Below are positions 50,311 through 55,866 of a stretch of 55,866 bases of DNA, in pieces (positions within the stretch are counted from its first letter, which is position 1; each line of letters opens with the position of its first letter). The notes beneath the pieces were generated by a model. The model was not told the origin of the DNA. It was given only the letters and a program-made list of their open reading frames with translations, and did not search any database. This stretch comes from Psammoneis japonica. Taxonomy: Eukaryota. Both the position numbers and the translations under genes were made by a program. Location: assembly GCA_008632985.1 (NCBI GenBank), contig QPGO01000320.1, positions 1 through 55,866 of the forward strand. The letters run 5' to 3'.

Positions 50311-50615
50311 CTGGGCACGATCTCTCTCTTTTTCTAACACATTTTTTTGATCACCTTGCTTTTGTTTGCAAAGCAAAATCAAGCACTTCTTTGTGACCTT
50401 TGGGGTGTCACTCACCTCAAAGTTGACTGTGTCATCAATTCGTCCTTTGAGGTGAAGTTGCCACAAGCACATGTGGCGGGACACTTGCACCATGGCAGCT
50501 CCAGTTGTCAACATTTTGGAGCAGCTCCAGCATCTTGAGAAACTCTGTGATCCTCAAGAAAGCCCTTTTTGCTTTTGACAGAAACCCAAGAAGTCCCTGA
50601 ACCTCTGCTTTCTTT

Positions 50616-50853
50616 GCATCCTTTGTCACCTTGTTCACTGACTCATGCTTGGTGGGGTTGCCTTGGCTGCTGCACCAAGCTGGGATCTTGTTTGGCATGA
50701 AGAGTGAAGCTGACAGCTTTTTTCTTGTGCTCAAGGTTTGTTGCATCCTTTGTCACCTCCTTCACTGGCCTTGGCCGTTGCACCAAGCTGGAATCTTGTT
50801 CGGCATGAAGCGCGAAGCTGACAGCTTTTTCCTTGTGCTCAAGGTTTGCTGCA
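50616..50853. repeat. Tandem duplication of ~110-130 bp
   Basis: gcaccaagctgg(g/a)atcttgtt(t/c)ggcatgaag...gaagctgacagcttttt...cttgtgctcaaggtttg occurs twice. Confidence 0.8.
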
Positions 50854-51020
50854 GACGTGGGGCGTTACTTGTTGGTGTCTCATGCTGTGTTTCGCACTGT
50901 TTCATTTAACACGAGAAACCACGATGGGACAAATTTTGGGGCATTGCAATTAACGCGAGAAAAGCACGGGCCGCACTGTAACTTGTGTTTTGCTGCAGTG
51001 ACATTTGTCCTATAATGTCA

Positions 51021-51794
51021 CTGTACGACGATTCTTGAGAATCAACAATTCTTGAGAATCAGAGACCGAATCTTGTGAAAATCGATTCTTGAGAATCGGA
51101 GCTCGTGCCACCAATTGGAATCTTGTGAAAAGGGAATTCTTGTGAAAAATCTGTCACATGAATCCAAAGTCAAAATGGCGATCATTGTCGACGAGAGAAG
51201 TCAATCAACAGTCCCAACAATCAACCATACATTGTATCTTAATAGCTCACATGTTAATGAATCGAAAAATCTGAGAAGAATTGACTTCTTCATTGCTTTT
51301 TCGGTCGAAAGAGCATAACAACAACATCGGCGCACCAGTGTTTTGATGGTTTTTTCGACTCCAGAGCGGCTTTCAAAGCACATCAAGACTCTCACAAGTA
51401 TTATAAACTAAGTGCTATCGAATAAGGTTGAAGCATTTATCGCAATGTCTTGGATGGTGTCGCTTCTTGCGTCGAAGCCGCCATTGTCGTTCACAGCTTC
51501 GAAGTCGGTACGAAAATCGCTTTATATTCACATTCATTCTTTAATGATTAAATATAAGTGATGTTATAATTTTAAATTAGTGAATGAATGATATATTAGG
51601 AGTTTTCATAAGAATCAGTAACAGCTATTCTCAAGAATCGAACTTCGATTCTTAAGAAAACAGGACGGCGGAACTTGTGAATCGTCCGTTGAGCACGCAC
51701 GTCCAGCTCGAATTTTGCGTTCAACGGAAATCAGATTCTTAAGAATCGGCACCCAGATTCTTGAGAATCGGTTTTCACAACTTCGTCGTGACAG
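51021..51794. mobile_element. Non-autonomous DNA transposon / MITE-like element with palindromic subterminal repeats
   Basis: Imperfect TIR ctgt(c)acgacga / tcgtcgtgacag. About 10 copies of GATTCT-NN-AGAATC or variants cluster at both ends. AT-rich core. Confidence 0.6.
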
Positions 51795-52029
51795 AACCAC
51801 ACACCAGATGCGCAACAATCAACCATCGACCGACCGCAGCCAAAAATGGGCAACACGCCATGGAGCGTTCGCATCCCATTTATGACGGCTCTTGTCAAAC
51901 AAAAATGACACCAGTCAATCTAGTGAATAAGGTTACAATCGACGGTGTAAAATAAACAATGAACAGAAGTGTGATAGATGATGTTGAGCAGAAAACTAGT
52001 GCATCTGATCGTTGTGCTTATTTTTCTTT

Positions 52030-52435
52030 CCTGCGGTCACAAATGTGAGCCATGCGGTGTTTGTGGTGAAGTTCAAGGCAAAAGTAGAACCACACATAGC
52101 TAATAAAAATGTGGCGGATTGAATGGTCATGGTTTTTATTTCAATTGACACATCTCATGTGCAGAATGAAGCGGATCGTTTAGAATCACTCTGTTGTCGT
52201 GCAGCCACAAATGCAAACCATGAGGCGTCTAGAGCAAAGGCTAAGGCAAAAGTAGAGCCTCACAAGGTTAATGAAAACATGGCGGATTGATTGATGATGT
52301 TCATTCTTCCCTTTGACCCATCTTGTGTACAGAGTGCAGTGTGTCATTTTTTCCTTCTTGTGTCGTGTGGTCACAAATGCAAACCACAACGGCTCTAGAG
52401 CAAAGGCAAGGCAAAAATAGAGCCACATGTGAGCA
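52030..52435. repeat. Degenerate tandem repeat, ~170-bp period
   Basis: cacaaatg...aaggcaaaa(g/a)taga(a/g)cc recurs three times (~52040-52090, ~52206-52260, ~52372-52425). Confidence 0.65.
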
Positions 52436-53472
52436 ATGTTAACATGTGTGATTTAATGGTAAAGTTTGTTCTTCCCTTGCTCTGCCATGAGGGGCCACTT
52501 TGTGTCGATTTGTCGATGCATCCGTCATGGTCGTGCACAGTTTTTTCCGTGCACCGGTCGCCATGAGGATAAAAGCACACCCGCCTGTCTATAATTGCCA
52601 TACATTGCCGCATTCCATTCATTTTTTGTTCCCCTCCCCTGAGCCCTTTTAGTCATTCCTTCCCACTAAAAATGCCCTCATTTCCCGGAAATTCCACAAA
52701 AGGGCAAGGTAATTCCCCCTCACCCTTGCCATTTTGGGGAATCCCCAAATGGGTAAAACCAAACTAAGGTCCGGTGGTCTAAGATTTTGAAACAAGAAGA
52801 AAAGCTTTATCTAGAGTCCAGAGTGGGGGGGGGGACAACAGTGCAAGTGAGACCAGCACCACCTCACAGCCAGCCAGGGTGCTCTCTGGCATCAAGCCCA
52901 CAGCTGTGCTCACTGGCATGTCACACTCAAGACTGAGATTTTGCTTTGTCAAATTGTTTGACATGGCACCAAAGCAGAACCCGCTGAGGCAAATGTTTGT
53001 TGCATCTCTCAAATGTGACCTGGGAAGCTTTCTTTGGTGTGGATTGCTGCTGCTGCACACCTTTTCTTAAAAAAAAATGGGGGGGGAGGCAGAAATGCGA
53101 CAGTCTTTGGCACTTTTAAGTGCAAAAATGGCCGATTTCCTTGGGCATTTGCAGTGAGCAGGAGGCTGTGCTGGCTGGTGGTGGGGTGCTGACAAGAAAG
53201 GGAGTGCAGCAAGTGTGGAAAAGTGGAGTAAAAAAATGTGCACACTCAAAGCAAAAATGGAGTCGAGATTTGGGGACTTGGGCAAAATGGCAAGGCTGAC
53301 GTGACTGTGTGGCAGAGGATGATGATGTGTGCGTGGTGCCAAATCGCGCCCGTTCGGAAAGATCGAACCAAATGACTCGTTGGACTAATCCTTGGGCGGC
53401 TCTGATGAAGAACTCGAGAGATGTGGACAATGGGGGAATCGCAAGCGGGGCTTCCGTGCCTTCGATACCACT

Positions 53473-55140
53473 ATGAGCTTTCACAATGTAGACGATCTAG
53501 ATCGAGCTGTGTCGTTTGTTTTTTCAGAAGCTCCAGGATCCAAGGTTTGCGACGTTGAGTGTGGAGATGATGTCGAGAGTATGTCAGAAACAAGCGACTC
53601 CACCTCGTTCCAGTCGCCTGTCCAGTTCCGTCATATCTTGGTTGGATACGCATTCGGACCTAAAAAAATGAGCACGATGGGAATTATTCTTGCGGAAGCA
53701 TCAAAGGCATTTTCTACGGTTGTGACGGCAGTAGTGCCCGTCTCACGGGAAGAGGACGAGACGTTGCGACACATTCCACTGGTTGCTCAGTCGACTTCGT
53801 CATCTGATTCGCGAGAGAGACTCATTGCCGGGATACCTTCACATCAGAATAGCACCGACCGCTGGCATACTGAGACTCAACTCTTCGACTCATCGGAATC
53901 CTCAGTTGTCTCTGTCGCCGAGTCGACCACAAGTGGGTCACTCGCAACGACGACGCGGCCTTCCGCTTCAAGTGTATCCCTACCGAAGTCGATCTCATCG
54001 CAGTCTGCGTTTCGCCTTCGTCCAATTCGCGTTTCTTTCGTACCATTAGATCTCAACATGCCATTGGAAGAACAGCATGGAGGAATTTTTGACGCAATTC
54101 TCCATAAACTCACCGAGGATATCCTTTGCTTGTCCAGAATATCGATCGATGCGCGGCGAAAAGGTTCTGTTTCAGATCGAGGTGATAGCATCAAACTTCG
54201 AGAAAATTGTTCCAACGCGGTTTCGAGGATCAACCGTCTGAATCAGTACGTGCAGACCCGTCCGCAGTGTTGTCTCGTTGATCATCCATCGAACGTACAG
54301 GTGTTAATGTCACGGGCCGACATAGCTTTGTGCTTGTCAGAGTGCCTTACCGGTGTGAAAAGCGCTAGTGGAATTCCGATCGGTACGCCGCGTTTTGAAA
54401 TCTTAGAATCAGAGAGCATGGCGACGGAAGACGTGTCACATATAGTCAATCGCACTCCGTTGAAGTACCCTTTGATTTCAAAGCCCCTTGCGGCTGCTGG
54501 AACAGCAGAGAGTCACCGCATGGCAGTGGTGCTTGATGCACCTGGCTTGAAATCGGTGAAACCTCCCTGCCTGCTCCAGGAGTATGCCAACCATGACGCA
54601 AACTTATTCAAAGTCTATGTTCTCGGAGACACTGTCCATGTATTCCAGCGTCCAAGTCTCCCTAACCTGCCTGCAGCTAGCTATTTCCAGAGGCACCAGA
54701 AACGGAAATCAAAGATGTATGTTGAGTTCGACTCGCAGCAGCCATATCCGACCCTCATTGACTTCGGCGTGGACGAAACTGATGATGCATGCAGCTCAAG
54801 AGCGAAGAGGAAGCGCCGAAGGGCTCCTTCATTTGCCTGCTGCGAAGCACCTGAAAACGAGTGCCACCGACTGTTCATTACCGTGACCGCAGATGAAATC
54901 CGTCCTCTGGTGAATGTCCTGAAGGTAGCATTTGGTCTGGAGTTGTTCGGGTTCGACATTCTCGTCACTGACCTTGACGAAGATGGCCGTGACAGCAGCA
55001 GCGCAGAGAAGCAAATGCTAGTTGTCGACGTGAACTATTTTCCGTCTTACAAGGAGGTGACGAATTTTCCTTCTCTTTTGGCTCAGTATCTGACGCAGCG
55101 AGCCATTCAATGTAGAATAAAGAGCTTGAATCTTGCTTGA
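53473..55140 (+). CDS. ITPK1: Inositol 1,3,4-trisphosphate 5/6-kinase (inositol-tetrakisphosphate 1-kinase, ATP-grasp fold), 555 aa, single exon
   Basis: VGYAFGPKK, FVPLDL, ILHKLTED, YPLISKPLAAAGTAESHRM, LLQEYANHDANLFKVYVLGD, RPSLPN, GLELFGFDI, VVDVNYFPSY. Open frame from ATG 53473 to TGA 55140. Confidence 0.93.
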   Translation: MSFHNVDDLDRAVSFVFSEAPGSKVCDVECGDDVESMSETSDSTSFQSPVQFRHILVGYAFGPKKMSTMGIILAEASKAFSTVVTAVVPVSREEDETLRHIPLVAQSTSSSDSRERLIAGIPSHQNSTDRWHTETQLFDSSESSVVSVAESTTSGSLATTTRPSASSVSLPKSISSQSAFRLRPIRVSFVPLDLNMPLEEQHGGIFDAILHKLTEDILCLSRISIDARRKGSVSDRGDSIKLRENCSNAVSRINRLNQYVQTRPQCCLVDHPSNVQVLMSRADIALCLSECLTGVKSASGIPIGTPRFEILESESMATEDVSHIVNRTPLKYPLISKPLAAAGTAESHRMAVVLDAPGLKSVKPPCLLQEYANHDANLFKVYVLGDTVHVFQRPSLPNLPAASYFQRHQKRKSKMYVEFDSQQPYPTLIDFGVDETDDACSSRAKRKRRRAPSFACCEAPENECHRLFITVTADEIRPLVNVLKVAFGLELFGFDILVTDLDEDGRDSSSAEKQMLVVDVNYFPSYKEVTNFPSLLAQYLTQRAIQCRIKSLNLA

Positions 55141-55189
55141 CTACTGAATAGATTTTGCAATTTAAGGCATGTAAATAAACTTTCTTGGA

Positions 55190-55866
55190 AGCAGTGGAAA
55201 TCCCTCTGAATCTGAAAGACTTCAAGAACACCCAAATGAACTGCAAAAAAGATGCGTGCCTGATGCAGAAGCTCAACATCCCGCAAGCATTCCATGTGGT
55301 CTTTCTGTGGGAAGGAGAAAAATCATCTGGAAAGCATTCAATTTTTTGAAAAAGATTGTTCTTGCTTGTCCCAGAGTTGCCACAGGAGCTGTTGCCCAAG
55401 TGGTGTTAAAGTGCATTGTGCTGTGCTGCAGGGATGCAAATGGAAACATCGCTGTTGCCCAGTGCTTCTGTTGCCAGACTGGTGTGAGGGCTGTGGTTAA
55501 AAAGACACAAAACAACTTTGGCTTTCACCAGAAGAAGCCAATCAGCAAAAGGAGTTTAACGCTGAGTCCATCAAACAACAAAAAATGAGACATGAGTGCT
55601 GCATTGTCAAACCAGAAAATGAAATTAGATGAAGAGGCCAAGATCGTGTCCAATGGAGAGAAATCACCACTTTTTCACAGCTCTGGCTTGACTGATTTGT
55701 TTGCATCTCCCAGTGGATCTGCCATTTGTGTTGTCATCCAAAAGTTCTCTTACAAAGCCACCCCTCTTGTTGTCATTCTGTGTTGATTCCATTCTCAGGA
55801 GCTCAGCATTGCTGTCATAACATTTTTTGTCATCCTTCTCCCAATCTTCTCCTTTGGTGCAAACAC
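55190..55866. mobile_element. Unidentified decayed repeat
   Basis: TG/CA-rich, TA/CG-poor composition like the other TE relics. No motif recognised. Confidence 0.35.

Noticed and set aside
51030..51770. CRISPR-like short palindromic repeats
   Set aside because: The repeats are 14 bp, irregularly spaced and clustered at element ends. There are no unique regular spacers or cas genes, and the context is eukaryotic.
1..53340. Hundreds of overlapping Cys/His/Gln/Met-rich ORFs in all six frames
   Set aside because: This is an artefact of TpA erosion removing TAA/TAG stops and creating TGY/CAY/ATG codons in dead TEs. They are not genes or metal-binding proteins.
53392..53472. ITPK start at TTG 53392 as given in the ORF track
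   Set aside because: In a eukaryotic gene the first in-frame ATG (53473) is the more plausible start.

Overview
Eukaryotic, transposon-dense window, most likely from a diatom. That is an inference from the Ambal-type LINEs, diatom-type Copia/Gypsy elements and short GT-AG introns. Only two apparently intact host genes are visible: an intron-containing membrane-protein gene (minus, ~29776-31534) and a single-exon inositol 1,3,4-trisphosphate 5/6-kinase (plus, 53473-55140). The rest is nested, decayed mobile DNA: a Ty1/Copia element, a Sola-like DDE transposase with a convergent cargo gene, several Ambal-like LINE fragments, a structurally complete tyrosine-recombinase retrotransposon with A1-ORFs-B1-A2-B2 split direct repeats, a truncated Ty3/Gypsy, two copies of one MITE family plus another MITE-like element, and a ~6.8 kb tandem duplication. 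The most striking signal is a repeat-restricted mutational signature: TpA (and separately CpG) dinucleotides are converted to TpG/CpA. Conserved Tyr codons become Cys/His and TAA/TAG stops disappear, while the adjacent host genes and short MITEs are spared. This is the opposite direction to fungal RIP. An unclassified element (~41700-47250) also carries decayed ORFs that resemble DNA base-modification enzymes (TET/JBP-like HxD, aGPT-Pplase-like, Rossmann MTase-like). These domain calls are made by eye and need profile searches.
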